From contig JAPWTZ010000001.1 in assembly GCA_028275775.1 (NCBI GenBank), forward strand, positions 1 through 32,000: DNA of 32,000 nucleotides, given 5' to 3'. Within the stretch, counting starts at the first letter, position 1, and each line of letters opens with the position of its first letter. Origin of the DNA: Candidatus Nanopusillus sp. GTDB taxonomy: Archaea; Nanobdellota; Nanobdellia; Nanobdellales; Nanobdellaceae. The notes beneath the pieces are model-generated. The model was not told the origin of the DNA, did not search any database, and saw nothing but the letters and a program-made list of their open reading frames with translations. The position numbers and the translations under genes are program-made. Positions 18,560 through 27,500 of the stretch are shown here, in pieces.

Positions 18560-19060
18560 TCACGATAGTGTATATCCAGTAGATACTGGATTATCATAAT
18601 AATATACATAAATAGTAGAACCACTCAAAGAAGATATTCCAAAACTATTCATATTAACGGTCATATTTATTTGAAATATTGAATTTTGAGGTATTGTACC
18701 ATTTATATATGAATTACCAGATGATGGATTTGTTATATTATATATGTAACATTCTAAATATCCTTGAGCATTTCCGCTTAAAACTACAGGACATTTTTGA
18801 CTATTTCCGTTGATAGAGGAAAATTCTACTAAAAGATTATTTGCAACTAATTGAGTAGATCCTATATTTTGGGCTAAAATTTCTATATTACCGTTTGAGT
18901 TATTATAAGTTACTTGTAATATTTCGACTTGAGCACCTAGATTTGTAACTTGATTACTTACATAACCCTTTGCCCATCCAACTATAATTGCACCTAAAGC
19001 TACTGTTAGAGCAATTAATATAATTGTTGCAATCAAAGGAGATACAGCTTTTATTTTCAT
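18560..19060 (-). CDS. Archaeal type IV pilin-like protein (class III signal peptide)
   Basis: 166 aa. The N-terminus MKIKAVSPLIATIILIALTVALGAIIVGW matches the archaeal pilin N-terminal motif (K-A/G then VSP[VL]IAT plus a hydrophobic helix). A sequon-rich beta domain follows. Confidence 0.75.
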   Translation of the reverse strand: MKIKAVSPLIATIILIALTVALGAIIVGWAKGYVSNQVTNLGAQVEILQVTYNNSNGNIEILAQNIGSTQLVANNLLVEFSSINGNSQKCPVVLSGNAQGYLECYIYNITNPSSGNSYINGTIPQNSIFQINMTVNMNSFGISSLSGSTIYVYYYDNPVSTGYTLS

Positions 19061-19093
19061 AATATATTTAAAATCTTTAGTAATATATAAACC

Positions 19094-19372
19094 TTATACC
19101 TTCTTCTTTATATTTAATTTTAATCTTTCCCATGGTCTTACATTTATTAATTTTCCATCTAAAAAAATTGAATAATCATTAAAATAAAAAATAAATTTTG
19201 ATATACTCTTTGGAACTATATATATTTTATCTTTACTCTTTATATAAAATGTATTTTTTGTTTCATCTATTATCTCTCCATATATACCTTTTAAACTTTT
19301 TATTTTACAATCATATACTTCTACATTTAATCCGATAAATTCATAAGATAAAAAATATTTATTCAATTTCAT
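19094..19372 (-). CDS. rnp1: RNase P protein component 1 (Rpp29/Pop4)
   Basis: 92 aa. LIGLNVEVYDCKIKSLKGIYGEIIDETKNTFYI matches the Rpp29 Sm-like core. It lies downstream of SUI1 and uL29, as in archaeal ribosomal clusters. Confidence 0.8.
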   Translation of the reverse strand: MKLNKYFLSYEFIGLNVEVYDCKIKSLKGIYGEIIDETKNTFYIKSKDKIYIVPKSISKFIFYFNDYSIFLDGKLINVRPWERLKLNIKKKV

Positions 19373-19673
19373 TAGATATTTCTATATTTTCTTCTTTAAA
19401 ACCTAAATCTAATAATAATTTCTTTATTTTTTCTCTATGATCTCCTTGCAATTCTATTAAATTATCTTTATATGTTCCTCCACAACCCAACTTTTGTTTT
19501 AAACTCTTCAATGTTTCTTTTGCAATAGATGGATCTACACCTTCTATAATTGTGACAATTTTTCCATAACTCCTTTTTTCAGCTCTTACAATAATCTTCT
19601 GAAACTCCTTCTCTATTTCCTTTGTTGTATTCTCTAAATCTATTGGAAGACCTGAGAAAAGTTTCTTTTTCAT
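19359..19673 (-). CDS. sui1: Translation initiation factor aIF1 (SUI1)
   Basis: 104 aa. The SUI1 signature is KRSYGKIVTIIEGVD...LKQKLGCGGTYKDNLIELQGDHREKI. Confidence 0.9.
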   Translation of the reverse strand: MKKKLFSGLPIDLENTTKEIEKEFQKIIVRAEKRSYGKIVTIIEGVDPSIAKETLKSLKQKLGCGGTYKDNLIELQGDHREKIKKLLLDLGFKEENIEISNEIE

Positions 19674-19882
19674 CCCACAACAATATTTTCTTTAGCCATT
19701 TTCTTTCTTAGATTTCTTATTGCTTTTGTATTACTTCCCAAATTTTTTCTTCTTGCATTGCTTCTCAATTTTATTAATTCAAGCAAGGTGTTCTGGTCCA
19801 CCATTATATTATAATGATTAGCAATATAATATTTAAATTTTATATTCAATATCTTCAGGCCTCCAATATGGATTAATTCCAT
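19670..19882 (-). CDS. rpl29: Ribosomal protein uL29 (start uncertain)
   Basis: The C-terminal LLELIKLRSNARRKNLGSNTKAIRNLRKKMAKENI fits the uL29 helix-turn-helix pattern (L.EL..LR...G....IR.LRK.IA). Candidate starts are TTG at 19885, ATG at 19882 (overlapping the kae1 3' end by about 50 nt) and ATG at 19804 (only 44 aa). Confidence 0.5.
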   Translation of the reverse strand: MELIHIGGLKILNIKFKYYIANHYNIMVDQNTLLELIKLRSNARRKNLGSNTKAIRNLRKKMAKENIVVG

Positions 19883-21029
19883 CAATTATATTCATATTAT
19901 TTTTATACCATAAAATTCCAGTCCATGCAATCATTGCACCATTATCATTTCCTAAATCTAAAGGAACAGTTCCAAATTTTACATTCCTTTCTTTACACAT
20001 TAAATATAAAATTTCTTGTAACCTTTTATTTACAGCAACTCCACCAGTTAATCCAAATTCTTTTTTATCTAATAAAGACAACCCTCTTTCAGATATTTCT
20101 GCTAACATTGAAAATACATATTCTTGAATAGAATATGATAAATCATTTATATTAATATTTTCTCTTTTTATTAAATTTTTTATATATGTATATATTCCTC
20201 CCAATTGTATATCCATTCCTTTAACAGAATATGGTAATTTTATTAGATTTTTTCCTTTTTTTGATAATTCTTCAATTTTTGGACCAGCAGGAAATCCAAT
20301 ATTTAATAATCTACCAACTTTATCTAAAAAATTTCCTACACCCATATCTAATGTCTCTCCAACAATTCTATATTTATTTCCTTCAAATGATAATAACATT
20401 GTATTCGCTCCTGAAACTAATAAAATTAAAGGATCAGTAAATTTATTATACAATTTTACAATTTCAGCATGTGCTATTAAATGGTTTACCCCAATTAATT
20501 TTGAATTAAATATTTTAGAAAATAATTTGCCACTAAAATATGCCTGAATTAATGTTGGATATAAACCAGGTCCTGCAGAATATGAAACTAAATTTATTTT
20601 TCTTTCAAAACTATTTAAATTATTTATATATAAATTTAAATTATTTTCCAATTCTTTATTATTAGAAACTATTTTATTATTTTCAACCCATATTTTATTA
20701 TCATTATATATTATATACCTTCTTCTATTCCATGGCTCATCATAAAATATTTCTTCAGATCCTTCTAATTTATTTTTTATTTCATATAATGCATCTACAA
20801 TATAAAATTTTTCTTTTAATTTCTTAAAAATAAATCCAGCTTTCCATACAGAATTTTTTAAAATATTAATACTCTCTTTTGAATGTAATTCAGCAGCTTC
20901 TCTTGGATGTATTCCTCCCTTTTCACTTTTATATATTATCCTTTCATTAGAATATATATTTCCATTTTCATCAATAATTCCAATTGAATATGTATGAGCA
21001 GTAGATTCTATTCCTAGAGAAATTATCAT
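19833..21029 (-). CDS. kae1: tRNA N6-adenosine threonylcarbamoyltransferase Kae1 (TsaD/Kae1 family) with a ~75-aa insertion
   Basis: 398 aa. Motifs GIESTAHT, GGIHPREAAELH, GPGL, VNHLIAHAE, GETLDMGVGN and NDNGAMIAW are present. The metal-binding HxxxH and Asp are conserved. An extra segment lies between the HPxEAAxxH block and the GPGL block. Confidence 0.9.
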   Translation of the reverse strand: MIISLGIESTAHTYSIGIIDENGNIYSNERIIYKSEKGGIHPREAAELHSKESINILKNSVWKAGFIFKKLKEKFYIVDALYEIKNKLEGSEEIFYDEPWNRRRYIIYNDNKIWVENNKIVSNNKELENNLNLYINNLNSFERKINLVSYSAGPGLYPTLIQAYFSGKLFSKIFNSKLIGVNHLIAHAEIVKLYNKFTDPLILLVSGANTMLLSFEGNKYRIVGETLDMGVGNFLDKVGRLLNIGFPAGPKIEELSKKGKNLIKLPYSVKGMDIQLGGIYTYIKNLIKRENININDLSYSIQEYVFSMLAEISERGLSLLDKKEFGLTGGVAVNKRLQEILYLMCKERNVKFGTVPLDLGNDNGAMIAWTGILWYKNNMNIIDGINPYWRPEDIEYKI

Positions 21030-21415
21030 TGAGATTTTTGAGATTTAAATTCCTCATATATTTGATTAAAATCTTTATTTCCATATTCTTCTATTTTAGT
21101 ATTTATTTGTACAATTTCTGGAGATATTGTATTTCCCCTAACCAATTTTTTAATCCTTACTTTTTTATTTTTATACCACCATACATATTTTTTACCCATT
21201 CCTTCAACATAATTTACTATTGGAGCACCTTCAAATCCAGAACCACCAGTTATCCTTAATTTATATCCATCTAAATTAATTATTGATCCATCAATTATAT
21301 CCCCAATTTTTTTACCTATTAAAGATTCATCTTTTGTTTGTACTTGAATAGACTTTCCAGTCTTTGGATCTGATACTACAACTTTAAATATAATTTCTTT
21401 TCTCTTGTTTGCCAT
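21026..21415 (-). CDS. rps6e: Ribosomal protein eS6 (S6e)
   Basis: 129 aa. FKVVVSDPKTGKS...GYKLRITGGSGFEGAPI...LVRGNTISPEIVQIN matches archaeal S6e. An ATGA overlap joins it to the kae1 start. Confidence 0.9.
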   Translation of the reverse strand: MANKRKEIIFKVVVSDPKTGKSIQVQTKDESLIGKKIGDIIDGSIINLDGYKLRITGGSGFEGAPIVNYVEGMGKKYVWWYKNKKVRIKKLVRGNTISPEIVQINTKIEEYGNKDFNQIYEEFKSQKSQ

Positions 21416-21458
21416 TTTATATCAATTATGGAAAATATTTTTATTCTTTAATGAAAAA

Positions 21459-21468
21459 TTTTTATATA
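21459..21468 (+). promoter_or_regulatory. Putative archaeal TATA box for the PPase-like gene (leaderless-type spacing)
   Basis: tttttatata is centred about 25 nt upstream of the ATG at 21489, within the 73-nt divergent spacer shared with rps6e. In DNA this AT-rich, such motifs also arise by chance. Confidence 0.35.
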
Positions 21469-21488
21469 ACAAATACTTTAAATTTATT

Positions 21489-21962
21489 ATGAAAGAGCTA
21501 TTACACATTGAACAAGATGACGAATTTCCAAATTTTTTCAATGGGATAATATTAAATTTACCAAATACAAATGCAATAAGTATAATAGATTATGATTTAA
21601 ATATAAATACCTATATGAATTTAAAGGTATCATATCCTTTTTATTTTGGATTTATTCCTAGAACTTATATTGAAAATTATCCATTATTTTTCTCTTTTTT
21701 CTCAGATAAAAAATTTGATATATTTAGTTTACTAAAATTAGAACCACTATACTTTTTTAAAGTCCCAAAAGATATTACAATAAACATAATTTATTCAAAA
21801 TTACCTAGTCAAAATATAAATATAGATAAGGAAAGCATTGAAAATATATTAAAAGATTTCTTTGATGTAGATACTATACCTTCATTATCGAAACCTTCCC
21901 ATATTTTAGAAAATACAAATAGGGAATATAAAAGAAAATTTAGTAAAATTAAAAAATTATAA
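21489..21962 (+). CDS. Inorganic-pyrophosphatase-like (family I PPase fold) protein lacking the catalytic acidic residues
   Basis: The ATG at 21489 is preferred over the TTG at 21405, because a TATA-like box at 21459-21468 lies about 25 nt upstream. YPFYFGFIPRTYIENYPLFF aligns by eye with the PPase signature YPxNYGFIPxTxxxDGDPLD, with DGDPLD replaced by ENYPLF. The assignment is tentative. Confidence 0.45.
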   Translation: MKELLHIEQDDEFPNFFNGIILNLPNTNAISIIDYDLNINTYMNLKVSYPFYFGFIPRTYIENYPLFFSFFSDKKFDIFSLLKLEPLYFFKVPKDITINIIYSKLPSQNINIDKESIENILKDFFDVDTIPSLSKPSHILENTNREYKRKFSKIKKL

Positions 21963-23732
21963 ACCCCAGGCAGGATTTTCTTTTCTCATTATATTTGCTA
22001 TTTCTTTTAATATTTCTTTTTGCTCATCATTTAAAATATCCTTATTTTCTTTAAATTTCCTATAATCATTTTCGGATATAAAAGTATATAATATATCATC
22101 TTCAAATAAATTTCTTCCAACTACTGCATCATCTATAGATATAGCAACTTTATCATTTTTCATAGCTACATCTATATTCTTTTTTTCTTTTTGTATCGCC
22201 AAAATTTTTCCAATTATTTTTCCATCTAAATTAATTAAATATATATCTTTTCTTATTTCCCCTCCTAAAACTTCAATCCCAACAATTGCAGGATTTGATC
22301 TTCTAAATATATTTCCCTTTAATATTTTTATCTTTCCTATTGGTGGCAATTCTCTTAATATCTTTTCTTTATTATATTTTATCTCATTAATATATTTCTC
22401 AATTTTTTCAATTAAATCATATATAACATTTGATATTATTAAATTTATATTTGAAGATTTCACATATTCTTCATCATTCTTATTTATTCCGATATTAAAT
22501 CCAACTATTACAGAATATTGTGGATATTTATCTTTCATAGATAATGCTATATTTACATCTTCCTTATTTATATCCCCTATATCTGCCTTTTTTATTGGAA
22601 TATTTCTATCTCTTAACATTTTTACTAATACTTCCAATGATCCTAAAGTATCTGCTTTAACAATAATACCTTCCTTATCAGTTTGAAATATTATATTTTC
22701 AATATCCTTTTTTAATTTTTCTTCTATTTCCTTTAATTCTTTTTCATCATTATATACATAGATTGTAGAACCTGGTAGAGCATTATCTAATCCATCTGCC
22801 GATATTCTTATACCACATGCTGCATATGCAATATCTATTTCTTTAAATTTATTTCTACTAGCAAATCTAATATCTGTTAAAGGTGCTGGTTTTAATATTA
22901 ATTTCACTTTTGTTGTTTTAATACCATCTTTTGATAAAAAAGCAATTTTATCACCTTTCTTTATTTTACCATCATATAATATTACATCTATTACACTACC
23001 CAAACCTTTTTCTTCTTTTACTTCTAATATTACTCCAATACCATTTCCTTCAACATTTATTTTTAATTTTTCTTCTAAATATCTCTGAGAAAGTCCTGCA
23101 ATTAATAATAATAAATCTGGAATACCTTCTCCAGTTTTTGAAGAAATTGGAACAATTGCAACCTGTCTTCTAAAATCTTTTACTCTATCATATCTATCAG
23201 AATCAAATCCCAATTCATATAATTTAGTTACAATATTATATGTATATTCTTCTAATTTGTTTATTATTTTTTGATCCTGATATTTTATACTTTCTAAAAA
23301 TGGTTTATTTTCATAAGGTTTCCATCCATCTATTTTATCTATTTTATTTAATGCAATTAAAAATGGTACTTTTAATTGTTTACATATTTCTATTGCTTCA
23401 TATGTTTGTTTCTGAAATCCTTCCAATATATCTATTACAATAATTGCTAAATCTGAAACAGATCCACCTCTTTTTCTTAAATTACTAAATACTTCATGAC
23501 CAGGAGTATCAATAAATAATAAAGAAGGAATTTTTAGATCAAATTTAAACATATTTAATAATGGTTTTGATATTTCTTTAATTACATCAATTGATACTTC
23601 TGTAGCTCCTATGTGTTGGGTCATTTCACCAGCCTCTTTTTTTGTATAAGATGTATTTCTAATCTTATCTAATAAAGAAGTTTTACCAGCTCCAACATGA
23701 CCTAAAACAACAATTATTGGAGATCTCATCAT
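21957..23732 (-). CDS. infB: Translation initiation factor aIF5B (IF2-type GTPase)
   Basis: 591 aa. The G1-G4 motifs are GHVGAGKTS, DTPGHE and NKID, followed by beta-barrel domains. Length and architecture are typical of aIF5B. Confidence 0.9.
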   Translation of the reverse strand: MMRSPIIVVLGHVGAGKTSLLDKIRNTSYTKKEAGEMTQHIGATEVSIDVIKEISKPLLNMFKFDLKIPSLLFIDTPGHEVFSNLRKRGGSVSDLAIIVIDILEGFQKQTYEAIEICKQLKVPFLIALNKIDKIDGWKPYENKPFLESIKYQDQKIINKLEEYTYNIVTKLYELGFDSDRYDRVKDFRRQVAIVPISSKTGEGIPDLLLLIAGLSQRYLEEKLKINVEGNGIGVILEVKEEKGLGSVIDVILYDGKIKKGDKIAFLSKDGIKTTKVKLILKPAPLTDIRFASRNKFKEIDIAYAACGIRISADGLDNALPGSTIYVYNDEKELKEIEEKLKKDIENIIFQTDKEGIIVKADTLGSLEVLVKMLRDRNIPIKKADIGDINKEDVNIALSMKDKYPQYSVIVGFNIGINKNDEEYVKSSNINLIISNVIYDLIEKIEKYINEIKYNKEKILRELPPIGKIKILKGNIFRRSNPAIVGIEVLGGEIRKDIYLINLDGKIIGKILAIQKEKKNIDVAMKNDKVAISIDDAVVGRNLFEDDILYTFISENDYRKFKENKDILNDEQKEILKEIANIMRKENPAWGL

Positions 23733-23762
23733 TTAAAAATAATTTATAAGAAAAACTTTTAT

Positions 23763-24557
23763 TTATGGCCATATCCATCTTCTATATAAACCTTTTTCAT
23801 TTGCAAAATTGTTTGCTTTTTGATAAGATTCTATTGTACCAATATCAAACCAATATTCATTATCATCATTATATACATATCCATATAATTTTTCTCCCCT
23901 TTTTATTAAATATTCAAAGAAATTTCCCATAGAATCTTTACTATAATTAGAATTCATATATTCATCTAATAGATATAATTTCTCCTTTGGAATATAATAT
24001 ATTCCAGTAGATATTGTAGTATATAATGGATTTTGAGGCTTTTCATAAAATTCTTTTATTATATTATTTTCTATTTTTACTACTCCATAATTTTTTGCAT
24101 CATCATAATTCTTTATATCATATACTGCCAAAGCTATAGAATTATTTTCATTCCCCAATTTAATTATTTTATTTAAATTAAAGCTAAACAAATTATCTCC
24201 CAATAATATTAATAGATTATTATTTATGCCCATTTCTTTTATTGCATAATGTAAACCTCCAATTGATCCTAGCTTATTTTCTTCAGAATTTGATGGTTCA
24301 ATTACTAATCTTATTTTTCCAATTTGATATGGTTCATAAAAAGAATATAATGCTGCTAGAATATGTCTAAAATGATTTTCATATTTTTTATTTGTTGATA
24401 TAATTATTTCATCTGAACCTGTTTCTAATGCTTTTTCTATTATATAATATATTAAAGGTACACCTCCCACTGGAAACAATGGTTTTGGTACATAATCTGA
24501 TAAAGGTTTAAATCTCTTAGCAAAACCGCCCGCTAATATTAGAGTATCTAAACTCAT
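23763..24557 (-). CDS. Sugar-phosphate nucleotidyltransferase (glucose-1-phosphate thymidylyl/uridylyltransferase-like)
   Basis: 264 aa. The N-terminal signature ILAGGFAKRFKPLSDYVPKPLFPV is the G-x-G-x-R-x(n)-K NTP-transferase motif. LGDNLF follows. It starts 22 nt downstream of the giant surface-protein gene on the same strand. Confidence 0.8.
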   Translation of the reverse strand: MSLDTLILAGGFAKRFKPLSDYVPKPLFPVGGVPLIYYIIEKALETGSDEIIISTNKKYENHFRHILAALYSFYEPYQIGKIRLVIEPSNSEENKLGSIGGLHYAIKEMGINNNLLILLGDNLFSFNLNKIIKLGNENNSIALAVYDIKNYDDAKNYGVVKIENNIIKEFYEKPQNPLYTTISTGIYYIPKEKLYLLDEYMNSNYSKDSMGNFFEYLIKRGEKLYGYVYNDDNEYWFDIGTIESYQKANNFANEKGLYRRWIWP

Positions 24558-24579
24558 AAAGAAAAATTATCAAAAAAAT

Positions 24580-27500
24580 TTATGAATAAAATAGTTCATA
24601 ATTTCCAAATCCTTGGGGTATAAATGTATTATTTGTAGATATTATATTTCCATTACCTCCTACTATCTTTTCCACAATATAACTATTAGCAGGTGGTAGA
24701 TCAATAAATGTAACATTTCCATTTATATTTCCTATTATTGATATTCCTGCATAATAATTATATAATGTGTTATTTACATTTGTACTAGATATTACACTGC
24801 TTAAACTATTTATGAATCCTTGTGAATTATTATAATATACATTTACACTTCCTGTAGATGTTGTTAAATTATCTATATATCCACTTCCATATATTTCTAT
24901 ACCTAATTGTGAATTATATAATGATATGTTTGTTGCATTACCTGTTAAATAATATCCAAATAATCCTCCATTTGTTGTTACATTTATTATATTATTTGGT
25001 TGGGTTATATATAATCCAAATACTTGTCCTACTTTTATATAATCATTTTCTATATTATTTCCTGAAGATGTTAAATATATTCCAAATATATTTGATTGTA
25101 TATTATTATTTATTATATTATTGTTATTTCCATTGTTTATCTTTATTCCAAATATATTAGATATTACATTACTATTTTCTATTATATTATTTATTGCATT
25201 TCCATCAAAATCTATTCCAAATATTTGTCCATTTACATTTGAATTATTTATTATTACATTATATGGATTATCAATATATATTCCCCATACTGATGATTGA
25301 ATATTAGTATTTTCTATTGTTGAATTTTGTATATAACCATATATTCCTCCTATATTTCCATTTATTGTAGAATTATATACATTTATTATTGATGGATTCT
25401 TTATATTTATTCCAAATAATCCTGAATTTATATTATCATTTATTAAATTTAATTCTCCATTTTCTACATTTATTGCAAATAGATTTGTATTAATATTTAT
25501 ATTCTGTATTGTTACATTTGCTGATTCCACATCTATAACAGGCAATCCTGGATTTGCTGGTTCAAATAATGTATTTTGTCCTAATAATGTTATATTATTA
25601 CCTTGTGGATTTATTACTAAGTTTACTAAATATACTCCTGGAGAGAATACTACTACTGGTGTAGAACTATTAATTGCTGAATTTATTATTCCTTGTATTT
25701 GTGTATTACTTAATGTTGGATTTACTACAGATACATTATATGCATTTTGTGATATATATATTACCTGTGGACTTGTATATTGACTTATTCCATAATTATT
25801 ATATGCATATACCCGATACCATATTGAATAATATCCATTACTACCTAATTTTGCATATTGTTGTAATATTCCATTATATAATATATCTGAACATGAATCT
25901 GCTATTGTTATCCATTGATTACTTGTTTGATTTAATAATTGTATTTGACAATAATCCTGACCTAATGTATTATCATATACATTTGCACTAACTTCTAATA
26001 ACCATATATTTTCTTGTGTACCATTTGATGGTGTAGGATATACATATGATACATTAAACGTTGGTGGAGGTAATGTATAAACATATATTCCAGTTGAATT
26101 TGTTTGTCCAAAGGGATTTGATGTTGATAATTCTATTGTTATATTTCCACCATTTGGTATAATATTATATAATCCTGGTAAATTGTATGATGAATTTTCA
26201 TAATTTAATTGGATAATATTATTACCTGGTGTTACACTTATATTATATGTTTGTCCATTTATTGTTACATTTACATTTGGATAATTCGTATAGAATGATA
26301 TATTTAGTTGATAGTAATTTGATACAGAATTATTAGATGGAGAAATAATATATATTTCTGGATTAACTATAGGAATTACTGTAATTGTAGTAGAATTGGT
26401 AGCTCCATTTGATGCAACACCAGTTACTGTTACACTATAAGTACCCGGTTGTATATTACTATTTGCACTTACTGTTAAAGTTACTGATGCATTTGGAGTA
26501 ACCTGAGTACTTGATAGTGAACATTGTAGATTTGAATTATTTGTAGAACAAGAAAGAGTAACAGATGTAGAGGCTCCACCACTTAGCTGAGTAATATTTA
26601 TTATTGTAGAATTCGAAGAACCAGCATTTACATAGATACTGCTTGGTCCTTGTATAGAGAAGGAATATGGTTGTACATTAACTGTAATTGTAGTAGAATT
26701 GGTAGCACCGTTCTGTGCAGTACCTGAAATTGTTACAGAATATGTTCCTGGAGTAATTGAAGACGAAGCAGTAACAGTTAATGTTAATGATGCATTTGGA
26801 GTAACTTGAGTACTTGATAGTGAACATGATAAATAACTACTATTTGTAGAACAGGATAAGCTAACTGGTAATGGAGATCCACTATTTAATTGAGTAATAT
26901 TAATTGTTGCCGAATTAGAAGAACCCACATATGTATTAATACTGCTTGGTCCCTGTATTGTAAATGAATACGGTTGTACATTAACTGTAATTGTAGTAGA
27001 ATTGGTAGCTCCATTTGATGCAACACCAGTTACTGTTACACTATAAGTACCCGGTTGTATATTACTATTTGCACTTACTGTTAAAGTTACTGATGCATTT
27101 GGAGTAACAGTTGTATTAGATAATGAACAAGATAAATAGCTACTATTTGTAGAACAGGATAAAGTTACTGGTATTGGTGACCCATTATTTAGTTGATTTA
27201 CATATATTGTTGTAGAATTACTATAATTTGTATAAACGTATATACTACTTGGTCCTTGTATAGAGAAGGAATATGGTTGTACATTAACTGTAATTGTAGT
27301 AGAATTGGTAGCTCCATTCTGTGCAGTACCTGAAATTGTTACAGAATATGTTCCTGGAGTAATTAAAGACAAAGCAGTAACAGTTAATGTTACTGATGCA
27401 TTTGGAGTAACTTGAGTACTTGATAGTGAACATGTTAGATTTGAATTACTTGTTGAACAAGATAAAGTTACTGGCAAAGCAGTATTTCCAGTTAATTGAT

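Noticed and set aside
20610-20837. The Kae1 insertion considered as a mini-intein.
   Set aside because: At about 75 aa it is far too short. It lacks intein block motifs (no Cys/Ser at an N-terminal junction, no terminal His-Asn plus Cys/Ser/Thr). It looks like a charged, low-complexity structural insertion.
21405-21488. The TTG-initiated N-terminal extension of the PPase-like ORF (MFAILYQLWKIFLFFNEKFLYNKYFKFI), which would overlap the divergent rps6e start by 11 nt.
   Set aside because: The extension is hydrophobic and low-complexity with no homology to PPases. It would also consume the only promoter space for both divergent genes. The ATG at 21489 with a TATA-like box about 25 nt upstream is the more plausible start.
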